A stretch of 32,000 bases of DNA from Candidatus Korarchaeum cryptofilum OPF8 (GTDB lineage: Archaea; Korarchaeota; Korarchaeia; Korarchaeales; Korarchaeaceae), in assembly GCF_000019605.1 (NCBI RefSeq), contig NC_010482.1:1530001-1562000 (forward strand). The letters run 5' to 3'. The position numbers were made by a program, and so were the translations under genes. The notes beneath the pieces are model-generated. The model was not told the DNA's origin. It ran no database searches and saw only the letters and a program-made list of their open reading frames with translations. Positions 1 through 7,898 of this stretch are shown piece after piece (within the stretch, counting starts at the first letter, position 1; every line of letters begins with the position of its first letter).

Positions 1-1502
1 CTGAGATAGTCAGCATAGAGGAGGAGAGGTATAAGGAAGCTGTAGAGAGAGGGGCTAAGATAATCTCGGATTTGATGAGGGAGAAGGGAAGGCTAAGCGT
101 AGATGATCTAATAATGCTCTATGATTCTCACGGCCTCTCCCCGGATATAGTGCGGAGGATAGCTGGTGATGTGGATGTCCCGGACAACTTCTTCGAGATG
201 ATAGCTGCCAGGCATGAAGCCAGGAAGCCGGAGCCACCGAAGGTCTTCGAGAGGATGGATGAATTGAGGAGGTACCCACCAACTAAGCTCCTCTATTATC
301 AGGATCCCTACCTCTTGGAGTTCGAGGCCAGAGTGCTGGGGTACGTAGATGGTAAGATGATCCTAGATAGGACCGCTTTCTATCCGGAGGGCGGGGGTCA
401 GCCCTCAGATATCGGCTCCTTTGAATGGAGGGGGATCGAGGTCAAGGTAGTGGGGGCCGAGAAGCATGGAGGATGGATCCTCCACTCGGTGGAAGGGGAT
501 CTACCCCCCGCCGGCGAGGTGGTAAGAGCTAGGGTGGATAGCTGGAGGAGACTGAACAGGATGAGGCATCATACAGCCACTCACGTCATACTTGAGGCAG
601 CTAGAAGGGTCCTGGGCTCTCACGTCTGGCAGTGGGGGGCTCAGAAGGGGGATGAGGAGAGCAGGCTAGATATAACGCACTACAAGGGAATAAGTCAGGA
701 GGAGCTCAGGAGGATAGAGATGTTAGCTAATGAAGTGGTGATGAGGAACATCCCAGTCAGGACCCTCTGGCTCGTCAGGACCGATGCTGAGAGGAGGTAC
801 GGTTTCACCCTCTATCAAGGTGGCGTCGTACCCGATCCAGTCCTCAGGGTGGTCGAGATAGAGGGCTTCAACGCTCAAGCTTGCGGGGGGACTCACGTCC
901 TCAGGACAGGGGAGATAGGGCCTATAAAGATATGGAGGGCTAGGAAGATACAGGATGGGGTAATAAGGCTGGAGTTCTCAGCGGGGGTTCCGGCAGTAAA
1001 GAGAATCATAGATTACCACCAGAAGATAAAAGATATAGCTCAGAGTGCCGGGATAAGCGAGGAGGAGATAGATACCTTCTTCAGAGGGATGATGGAGGAG
1101 CTGAAGGAGCTGAGGAAGGAGAGGAGGAGGATGATGAAGGAAGCTGAGGAAAGATCCATCGAGAGGGCTCTAGAGGCCTATGAATCAACTGGGAGGCATA
1201 AGCTCTCCATAGTTAGGCTGGAGAGCATAGGGATAGATGAGGGAATAAAGCTCGCTGATAAGCTGTCATCGGACAGGAGGATCGTATTGCTAACTAAGGA
1301 ATCGGGCGATAGGGTTGAGCTAGCCCTACTAGCGACTAATTACGGGGAAGGGGAGGTAGATGCCGGTAGCTTGCTCAGGGAGCTATCCAGGGAGATGGGC
1401 GGTGGAGGAGGAGGGAACTGGAAGCTGGGGAAGGGATCGGTACCTAAGGATAGGCTAGATGAGTTCATGGGGGTGCTTAGGAAACGATTAGAAGGGATCT
1501 AG
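1..1502 (+). CDS. alaS: Alanyl-tRNA synthetase, C-terminal ~500 aa (5' end lies upstream of the window)
   Basis: The reading frame is open from nt 3, with no stop before the listed Met at 72. The translation carries the AlaRS editing-domain zinc motifs HHTATH and CGGTH and a C-terminal GGGGGGN segment. Confidence 0.9.
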   Translation, partial: EIVSIEEERYKEAVERGAKIISDLMREKGRLSVDDLIMLYDSHGLSPDIVRRIAGDVDVPDNFFEMIAARHEARKPEPPKVFERMDELRRYPPTKLLYYQDPYLLEFEARVLGYVDGKMILDRTAFYPEGGGQPSDIGSFEWRGIEVKVVGAEKHGGWILHSVEGDLPPAGEVVRARVDSWRRLNRMRHHTATHVILEAARRVLGSHVWQWGAQKGDEESRLDITHYKGISQEELRRIEMLANEVVMRNIPVRTLWLVRTDAERRYGFTLYQGGVVPDPVLRVVEIEGFNAQACGGTHVLRTGEIGPIKIWRARKIQDGVIRLEFSAGVPAVKRIIDYHQKIKDIAQSAGISEEEIDTFFRGMMEELKELRKERRRMMKEAEERSIERALEAYESTGRHKLSIVRLESIGIDEGIKLADKLSSDRRIVLLTKESGDRVELALLATNYGEGEVDAGSLLRELSREMGGGGGGNWKLGKGSVPKDRLDEFMGVLRKRLEGI

Positions 1503-1540
1503 TTGAGAGAGCTGCATATCCCGCGCTCCTCCTCTTCATA

Positions 1541-2146
1541 TTGGGTGTGCAAGATCCGATAGACTCGATAGCCAGGGCCCTCTCCCTCACGAGAGCGGAG
1601 AGAGTAGCCCTATCCAAGATAGTTAGATCCCCCGAGGAATCCCTGAGGAACTCGATGAAAGTAGTGCCCCCTCATATAGTCAAGGGGAGCGATCTCGGAG
1701 TGGATGGCTTCAACGTGATAATAACTGTCGAGAGGGCCCTAGCAGGGGATCCAGTCTACGTATGCACTGACGGCATAGTCAGGGATCTCAGCCTCTCCTA
1801 CTCCTCTTATAAACCCTCAGATCTATTCGATAGAGCTGTGGAGACGATAGCGGATACTGTAAGATCTATGAGCCCCGGGAGGGTCACTATATACCTCGAT
1901 TCCCCGATATCCAGGAGCGGGTTGATAGCTAAGAGGATAAGGGAGATAACATCCGAGGAATTTGAGGTTAAAACATCAAATAGAGTTGATTCTGAGATAT
2001 TAAGTCATGAAATAGTCGCATCCAGTGATTCGAGGATAATAGAGGGGGCCAAAGCCATCGTAGACTTAGCTCATGCCGCGATAAGCAGGGCGGGTATATC
2101 ACCTAAAAGGTTATTTACGGACAGGGGGATGCTTGGGGGAATATGA
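1541..2146 (+). CDS. Conserved archaeal hypothetical protein with a PIN/NYN-like (YacP-like) acidic motif set; possibly DUF434-type
   Basis: 201-aa ORF with a TTG start. Motifs VDGFNV, YLDSP and ASSDS resemble the acidic residues of PIN/NYN-fold nucleases. Its stop overlaps the start of the next gene (ATGA at 2143-2146). The family name is from memory only. Confidence 0.55.
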   Translation: MGVQDPIDSIARALSLTRAERVALSKIVRSPEESLRNSMKVVPPHIVKGSDLGVDGFNVIITVERALAGDPVYVCTDGIVRDLSLSYSSYKPSDLFDRAVETIADTVRSMSPGRVTIYLDSPISRSGLIAKRIREITSEEFEVKTSNRVDSEILSHEIVASSDSRIIEGAKAIVDLAHAAISRAGISPKRLFTDRGMLGGI

Positions 2147-3192
2147 TAGACCTGCCTAGGACGGTGGACTTCGACGGGGAGAGGGTGATATTAGTCGATC
2201 AGAGGAAGCTGCCTCAGGAACTATCTTTCGTGGAGTGCTACGATATAGAGTGCGTTGCCTCAGCCATAAGAGATATGGTAGTCAGGGGAGCTCCAGCCAT
2301 AGGGGCCACGGCAGCTTTCGGCTTGGCCCTCCACTCGAAAAGGATCGGGGCAGAGGGGAGGGATGAGTTGTTAAAGGAGCTTAGAAGGGCAGCCGATATC
2401 TTGAGATCGACTAGACCGACGGCATATAACATGTTCTGGGCGATAGATAGGGTCATGAGGGCCGCTGAATCCTCGAAAGATGCTGAGGAGATGAGGAGGA
2501 GGGTGGAGGAGGAGGCAAGGAGCATAGCGGAGGAGGATGTCAGGGCCAATATTGCGATAGGTGAGCACGGGAAGAGCTTGATAAAGGAAGGGTATAGAGT
2601 AATGACTATATGCAACGCCGGTTCACTAGCCACAGTTTGGTTCGGGACAGCTACAGCTCCCCTGTACACGGCCAAGATGCAAGGAATTGATTTCGAAGTT
2701 TACGTGCTGGAGACGAGGCCGGTGCTTCAGGGAGCTAGGATAACTTCCTTCGAGCTGAAAAGGGCCGGCATACCGGTTAAGCTCATAGTGGATGGGGCAG
2801 CCGGCTACGTTATCTCCGAGATAGGGATAGATCTAATAATAACGGGGGCCGATAGAATATTATCTGACGGCACTGTGTTCAATAAGATAGGAACGTACAC
2901 TCTCTCAGTCCTAGCCAAGGAGCACGGGGTCCCCTTCTACGTAGCAGCCCCCACGTCCACTTTCGATCCCCTCTCCAGGAGGGAGGATGTGAGGATAGAG
3001 ATGAGGGACGCTAACGAAGTCGCCGTGATAAACGGGAAGAGGATAGCCCCGGATGGGATAGCTATACTCAACCCGGCCTTCGATAGGACGCCCCCTGAGA
3101 ACATAACTGGTATAATAACCGAGAGGGGGATAATAGGGAAGCCCTTCGAGGAAAAAATAAAACTTATTGGAATCCGGGGGGCCTCACCTTAA
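2143..3192 (+). CDS. mtnA: eIF-2B alpha/beta/delta-family isomerase (methylthioribose-1-phosphate isomerase-like; ribose-1,5-bisphosphate isomerase not excluded)
   Basis: 349 aa with [14 protein letters not shown], the [10 protein letters not shown] motif (catalytic Cys) and [18 protein letters not shown] (catalytic Asp), typical of the MtnA/aIF-2BI family. Confidence 0.8.
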   Translation: MIDLPRTVDFDGERVILVDQRKLPQELSFVECYDIECVASAIRDMVVRGAPAIGATAAFGLALHSKRIGAEGRDELLKELRRAADILRSTRPTAYNMFWAIDRVMRAAESSKDAEEMRRRVEEEARSIAEEDVRANIAIGEHGKSLIKEGYRVMTICNAGSLATVWFGTATAPLYTAKMQGIDFEVYVLETRPVLQGARITSFELKRAGIPVKLIVDGAAGYVISEIGIDLIITGADRILSDGTVFNKIGTYTLSVLAKEHGVPFYVAAPTSTFDPLSRREDVRIEMRDANEVAVINGKRIAPDGIAILNPAFDRTPPENITGIITERGIIGKPFEEKIKLIGIRGASP

Positions 3193-4162
3193 CTACCTCT
3201 TGGTTCACTAGATTGGGAGGTATCTCACCTCTCTTGAAAGCTATCAGATTCTCAGCGACCATCTCGGCCATCCTGGATCTCGTCTCATGACTCGCGCTAG
3301 CGGCGTGCGGAGCTAGGACTACGTTCTCGAGCTTCAGGAGGGGATCATCGGGAGGTATCGGCTCCTGCTCGAACACATCAAGGCCTGCGCCGGCTATCCA
3401 TCCCTCCTTAAGGGCTTTATAGAGTGCCTTCTGGTCCACCACCTTCCCCCTGGACGTGTTAACTAGTATAGCTGTACGCTTCATCCTCCTCAACTGCTCC
3501 TCCCCTATCATATGGTAGGTCTCCTCCGTCAGGGGGACGTGGAGGGAAACGAAATCGGATTCCTCCAGGAGTTTCTCAAGGGGAACGTATTCTACACCGA
3601 GCTCCTTCTCAAAATCCTCCCTCCTTATCGAGTCATAGTACAGGATCCTCATCCCGAAACCCTTGGCCCTTCTAGCTACAGCTGCCCCTATCCTGCCCAT
3701 TCCCACTATCCCCAGAGTCCTCCCATAGACATCGTAGCCCAACATCATCATAGGGTGCCATGCTACCTTCCACTTCCCCTCCCTGACGTACCTATCCGCC
3801 TCAACTACCCTCCTAGCTGCGGCCATCAGGAGAGCGAAGGCAAAGTCAGCTGTCGTCTCTGTGAGCACTCCCGGCGTGTTCGTAACGTAGATCCCTCTCT
3901 TCGTCGCCTCCTTTACGTCTATATTATCGTAACCAACAGCGTACTGAGCTACTATCCTCAGCTTGGGAGCTGCTTCAAATACCTCAGCATCTATTGGATC
4001 CGTTAACAGGGATACGAGGGCATCGCAGTCCTTAACTCTCTCAATTATGACTTTCTTAGATGGAGGGGCCTCATCCTTCCACAGATCCAACTCAAAATGC
4101 TCCTCTATCTTTGAAAGACCCCTCTCCGGGATCTCCCTCGTTACGAAAACTCTAGGTTTCAT
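3164..4162 (-). CDS. gyaR: Glyoxylate reductase / D-isomer-specific 2-hydroxyacid dehydrogenase
   Basis: 332 aa with the NAD-binding motif [15 protein letters not shown] and a near full-length resemblance to Pyrococcus-type GyaR ([13 protein letters not shown]..., APHAASAS). Its 3' end overlaps the convergent mtnA-like gene by 29 nt. Confidence 0.85.
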   Translation of the reverse strand: MKPRVFVTREIPERGLSKIEEHFELDLWKDEAPPSKKVIIERVKDCDALVSLLTDPIDAEVFEAAPKLRIVAQYAVGYDNIDVKEATKRGIYVTNTPGVLTETTADFAFALLMAAARRVVEADRYVREGKWKVAWHPMMMLGYDVYGRTLGIVGMGRIGAAVARRAKGFGMRILYYDSIRREDFEKELGVEYVPLEKLLEESDFVSLHVPLTEETYHMIGEEQLRRMKRTAILVNTSRGKVVDQKALYKALKEGWIAGAGLDVFEQEPIPPDDPLLKLENVVLAPHAASASHETRSRMAEMVAENLIAFKRGEIPPNLVNQEVVKVRPPGFQ

Positions 4163-4182
4163 ACGCTGTATATACTCCCATA

Positions 4183-4198
4183 TTTTATCTTTTTATCT
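4183..4198. promoter_or_regulatory. AT-rich divergent promoter region (TATA-like ttttatctttttatct) between gyaR and the GTPase gene
   Basis: It is the only AT-rich block in the 60-nt spacer. It lies about 24-39 nt upstream of ATG 4222 on the plus strand and about 21-36 nt from the gyaR ATG on the minus strand, which fits leaderless geometry. Confidence 0.45.
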
Positions 4199-4315
4199 CC
4201 TGGGTGTGGGGAGGCAAGGTGATGGATATTTAGGCTGGAGCCCGAGAGGGAGGATGGGAAGTTCGAGTACAAGCTGAGGCTTGGAGCCAATTCAGGGGAC
4301 AGGATAGAGAAACTA

Positions 4316-5797
4316 GTGACCCAACTGAACTATAGGCTCAATGAGGGGGGTGGAGAGGCCTTTTATGAGCTCGGAATAACGGATGATGGTATCCCAGTCG
4401 GCCTGACGGATGAGGAGGCTTCAGAATCCCTAGCAATTATCGAGAAGATAACTGAGAGGCTAGGAGCTAAGTTCATGATAGTTAGGAAGGAGAAAGCATC
4501 TAGAGGATACGTTTACGAGCTCTTGATAAGGAGAACGCTGGATGTCCCACCTATACAGCTTTCAATAGCTCTGCTCGGCAATGTAGATGCCGGAAAGTCC
4601 ACGCTGAAGGGAGTCCTCATCTCCGGGAGCCTGGATGATGGGGATGGCCTAGCTATGAGTCAAGTAGCTAGGTACTTGCATGAGCTCAAGTACAGGAGGT
4701 CCTCATCGGTCAGCCATCACATACTGGGCTTCGATGATGCGGGAGCCTCCGTCAACGATACCCTCTCCTACAACGAGGCCGAGATCTACCTGAGGTCATC
4801 CAAGGTGATAACTCTAGTTGATCTAGCCGGACATGAGAGGTACCTGAGGACGACGCTCAAGGGGATAATGGGTTCCCTCCCGGATTACGCAGCTATAATT
4901 GTTGCAGCGAACGCCGGTCCTATAGGGAGCTTCAGGGAGCACCTGGGGATATCCTTGGTCCTCGATATACCCATATTCATCGTGATGACTAAGCTCGATA
5001 TAACGCCGAAGGAAGTGCTGAAGAGGAACTTGGAAAGTCTGATCGGGATATTGAAGCTCCCAGGGGTAAATAAGATACCCTTCTTGGTGAAGGCGGAGAA
5101 CGATTGTGCATTAGCCGCTAGGAACATGCCCCATGGCAGAGTGACCCCTATATTCCTCGTATCCAATGTCACTGGGGAGGGCCTCGATCTACTGAAGAGG
5201 TTCCTCAACATGATACCTCCCAGGATCAACTGGAGCGAGAGGTTAGGGGGCAAGTTCCTCAGTTACGTGGATGAGAAGTTCAACGTGTCCGGGGTGGGCC
5301 TGGTCCTGTCCGGATTGATAGAATCGGGCTCAATATCAGTGGGCCAGAAGGTCCTCCTGGGCCCCTTCGAGGACGGTTCCTTCAGGGCGGTGAGGGTCAA
5401 ATCTATCCACGTGAACAGGGTGAATGTCGAGAGGGCTAACGCTGGTCAATTCGCGACATTCGCCGTCACTAACGTTGACTATGATGAGGTCAGGAAGGGA
5501 ATGGTCCTAGTGGATGACTCAAGGCCATCCGCTGTCAGAGTATTCAGGGCTAGGGTGAGGGTGCTCCACCATCCGACGACGATAAAAGTTGGATATGAGC
5601 CGGTGATCCATCTCAAGACGATAAGACAACCAGCTAAGCTCATAGATTCATCAAAACAATATCTGAGGACTGGGGATGTCGCTGAAGTCGTATTCAAATT
5701 CATGATCAGGCCGGAGTACGTTAGAGTAGGGGATCAGTTCGTCTTCAGGGAGGGAAGGACCAAGGGGATAGGGGAAGTCATATCCCTCGTGGAGTAG
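4316..5797 (+). CDS. GTPBP1-family translational-type GTPase (EF-Tu-like). The conserved N-terminus extends upstream to about 4223 in the same frame (see finding).
   Basis: G1 motif GNVDAGKST, DLAGHERY and TKLD, followed by EF-Tu-like beta-barrel domains. The upstream in-frame peptide LEPEREDGKFEYKLRL...LVTQLNYRLNEGGGEAFYELG matches the GTPBP1 N-terminal signature. Confidence 0.85.
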   Translation: MTQLNYRLNEGGGEAFYELGITDDGIPVGLTDEEASESLAIIEKITERLGAKFMIVRKEKASRGYVYELLIRRTLDVPPIQLSIALLGNVDAGKSTLKGVLISGSLDDGDGLAMSQVARYLHELKYRRSSSVSHHILGFDDAGASVNDTLSYNEAEIYLRSSKVITLVDLAGHERYLRTTLKGIMGSLPDYAAIIVAANAGPIGSFREHLGISLVLDIPIFIVMTKLDITPKEVLKRNLESLIGILKLPGVNKIPFLVKAENDCALAARNMPHGRVTPIFLVSNVTGEGLDLLKRFLNMIPPRINWSERLGGKFLSYVDEKFNVSGVGLVLSGLIESGSISVGQKVLLGPFEDGSFRAVRVKSIHVNRVNVERANAGQFATFAVTNVDYDEVRKGMVLVDDSRPSAVRVFRARVRVLHHPTTIKVGYEPVIHLKTIRQPAKLIDSSKQYLRTGDVAEVVFKFMIRPEYVRVGDQFVFREGRTKGIGEVISLVE

Positions 5798-5803
5798 GTC
5801 AGA

Positions 5804-7633
5804 TTGAGGGTTAAAGTAGCCAACAAGATTTTTGAGAGGTCAATACCGGATAAGGATTTTGAATCAGTCAAGGAGAGGTTGAAATCTGTTTGCAGGTTCG
5901 AGCCATCGTCAGCTACGTGGGTCTTCGATCCTAGGAAAGCCCTATGCAGGGATCCGAGTTTCCTAAAGGAGATATTTGGGGTACCGGAGGATCTGATAAG
6001 GGAGGAGGTGAGGAAGTATAAGGAACAATTGGATGAGAGGTTGAATAAGATCTTCGAGAGTGGGAAGTTCGCTTTCCTCCCCTGCGGAGAGGTTAGGGAG
6101 CCTTTCAGAATCGAGGAAGGTCTGGCTGTCGTGGAGATACGGGAGCTCAGGGATATGATCTCTAGGGAGGGGCCTCTGGTCCTATCCGCAATCATCAGCT
6201 CCATAAATGGGTATTACATAGAGGAGCACTTGAACGAGCTCAAGGGATTGGGCAGGGAAGTAGTGATCAGGGACTCCGGGAGGGGCCTCATAGTGGAGGC
6301 CGATGCCATCCTCAAGGATCTAGAATCAATAGCCAGTGTGAAATACTACGTTAAGACGATAAGGGAAGTGAAGGTCTATGAGATTCCAATCCTCAGGAGA
6401 TCTGGAAACCGTATTGAAGCACCTTATTTCGCCCATCACTGGATCCGCAGGATAGCGGAGAAGAACGGTCTATCGGTGAGGGATGAAGTCAATTGGCCCG
6501 ATTCTGAGCTCAAGCTATCGAAGAATTTCTCCCTCTATGATTTCCAGGAAGCTGCGGTAGGGGAATGGGAGAGGAGCGGCAGGTTCGGGACTGTCGTGAT
6601 GCCCACTGGCGCTGGGAAGACTTACGTCGGATTAGAAGCTATATTCAGGACTTCCAGGAGCACTTTAATATGCGTTGTCACTGAGGAGATGGCTGAACAG
6701 TGGAGAGAGCTAATAAGGGAGAAGCTATCATTCGATCCCGGTATCTTCTCGGGGAGAAGGAAGGAGATAAAGCCGATAACGGTCGGTATTTACAATTCAG
6801 TCGCTAAGCATATAGACTCCCTATACGATAAGTTCTCCCTGGTGATATTCGATGAGGTCCATCATGTCCCAGCGTCGACTTTCAAGGAAGTGGCATTCAG
6901 GTCAAAGGCTAAGTACAGGTTGGGGCTCTCAGCTACACCCGAGAGGGCTGATGGGAATGATCACTTGATCTTCCTGACATCTGGAGAGATAGTCTACAGG
7001 ATAAGCTTCCCTGAGCTCCTCTCAAGGGGCTTCCTAGCCCCTGTCAGGCATCACATAATTTACGTGGATTTGAGCGATGAGGAGAGGAGGGAGATGAGTA
7101 GGGAGCTATTTCTCGCTAGAAATGATGATGAAAGGAAGCTCATAGAGAAGAAATATGCACTTAAGGCTAAGAATAAGATAAGAGAGGTCCTGAGGATAAT
7201 GGAGGAAGTTAAGGATAGGAAGGTCCTGATCTTCACTGAGTACATAGATCAAGCTGAGGAGATATACAGGGAGCTGAGGAAGAGGTACAAGGTGGAACTG
7301 ATGATAGGGAAGACATCGGGGAGATCTGAGATATTCGAGAGGTTCAAGAGGGGGGAGATAAACGTCATAGTCACTACAAGAGTGCTGGATGAGGGGATAG
7401 ATGTACCCGATGCTGATGTAGCCATTATAGTGAGCGGATCCGGCTCCAGGAGGCAGATGGCCCAGAGAGTGGGTAGGGTAGTCAGGGGGGCTCCCGGTAA
7501 GGTGGCGGATGTCTATGAGATAGTTACCAGGGGGACTATAGAGGAGAAGCTATCCAGAGTTAGGAGGAGGGGAATAGGGTTCCTTAAGGCCTCAAGAGAT
7601 CTCAAATGGGGAAATCCTCAACCCGCTAGGTAA
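5804..7633 (+). CDS. xpb: XPB/Rad25-type SF2 DNA helicase with an extended ~235-aa N-terminal region
   Basis: Walker A PTGAGKT, DEVHH, SATPERADG (the position of the XPB RED motif), and TTRVLDEGIDVPDADVAIIVSGSGSRRQMAQRVGRVVR and YEIVTRGTIEE, closely like archaeal XPB. TTG start lies 6 nt after the GTPase stop with GGAG upstream. Confidence 0.8.
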   Translation: MRVKVANKIFERSIPDKDFESVKERLKSVCRFEPSSATWVFDPRKALCRDPSFLKEIFGVPEDLIREEVRKYKEQLDERLNKIFESGKFAFLPCGEVREPFRIEEGLAVVEIRELRDMISREGPLVLSAIISSINGYYIEEHLNELKGLGREVVIRDSGRGLIVEADAILKDLESIASVKYYVKTIREVKVYEIPILRRSGNRIEAPYFAHHWIRRIAEKNGLSVRDEVNWPDSELKLSKNFSLYDFQEAAVGEWERSGRFGTVVMPTGAGKTYVGLEAIFRTSRSTLICVVTEEMAEQWRELIREKLSFDPGIFSGRRKEIKPITVGIYNSVAKHIDSLYDKFSLVIFDEVHHVPASTFKEVAFRSKAKYRLGLSATPERADGNDHLIFLTSGEIVYRISFPELLSRGFLAPVRHHIIYVDLSDEERREMSRELFLARNDDERKLIEKKYALKAKNKIREVLRIMEEVKDRKVLIFTEYIDQAEEIYRELRKRYKVELMIGKTSGRSEIFERFKRGEINVIVTTRVLDEGIDVPDADVAIIVSGSGSRRQMAQRVGRVVRGAPGKVADVYEIVTRGTIEEKLSRVRRRGIGFLKASRDLKWGNPQPAR

Positions 7634-7635
7634 AC

Positions 7636-7646
7636 TTTATATAAAA
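7636..7646 (+). promoter_or_regulatory. TATA box of the feoAB promoter (tttatataaaa)
   Basis: Strong TATA-like element 28 nt upstream of the feoA ATG, in a 40-nt spacer. Confidence 0.6.
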
Positions 7647-7661
7647 GTTAGACTAACCTAA
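7643..7661. promoter_or_regulatory. DtxR/IdeR-type iron box overlapping the feoAB promoter
   Basis: AAAAGTTAGACTAACCTAA matches 15 of 19 positions of the TTAGGTTAGCCTAACCTAA consensus, and the right half-site CTAACCTAA is perfect. It lies between the TATA box and the feoA start. Confidence 0.55.
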
Positions 7662-7673
7662 CTTCGGATCTGG

Positions 7674-7898
7674 ATGCTACCGCTATCTGAACTGAAGCAG
7701 GGCAGCAGGGGGAGAGTGGTATCGATAGCCGCTGGACATGGAGCGACTAGAAGGCTGATGGAGATGGGGCTAATTCCGGGGGAGACTGTCGAGGTCCTCT
7801 CAAATTACTTCGGGCCCGTCGTAGTGAGGGTGAGGGGAGTCACTTTCGCCCTGGGGAGGGGGCTCGCCTCCAAAGTGCTGGTGGAGGTGATCGAGTGA
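7674..7898 (+). CDS. feoA: Ferrous iron transport protein A
   Basis: 74-aa FeoA/DtxR-SH3-like domain (LSELKQGSRGRVVSI...MGLIPGETVEV). It overlaps feoB by 4 nt. Confidence 0.85.
   Translation: MLPLSELKQGSRGRVVSIAAGHGATRRLMEMGLIPGETVEVLSNYFGPVVVRVRGVTFALGRGLASKVLVEVIE

Noticed and set aside
2238-2675. Long antisense or off-frame ORFs throughout the window. Examples are 2238-2675(-), 3512-4006(+), 4885-5253(-), 5734-6204(-), 11972-12364(+), 19765-20115(-), 21670-22107(-), 22825-23154(-), 24715-25035(-) and 29949-30227(+).
   Set aside because: Each lies inside a strongly supported gene on the other strand or in another frame. Their translations are low-complexity (S/L/P/R-rich) with no recognisable motifs. 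The GAG/AGG/GAA-rich codon usage leaves few stops in the antisense frames.
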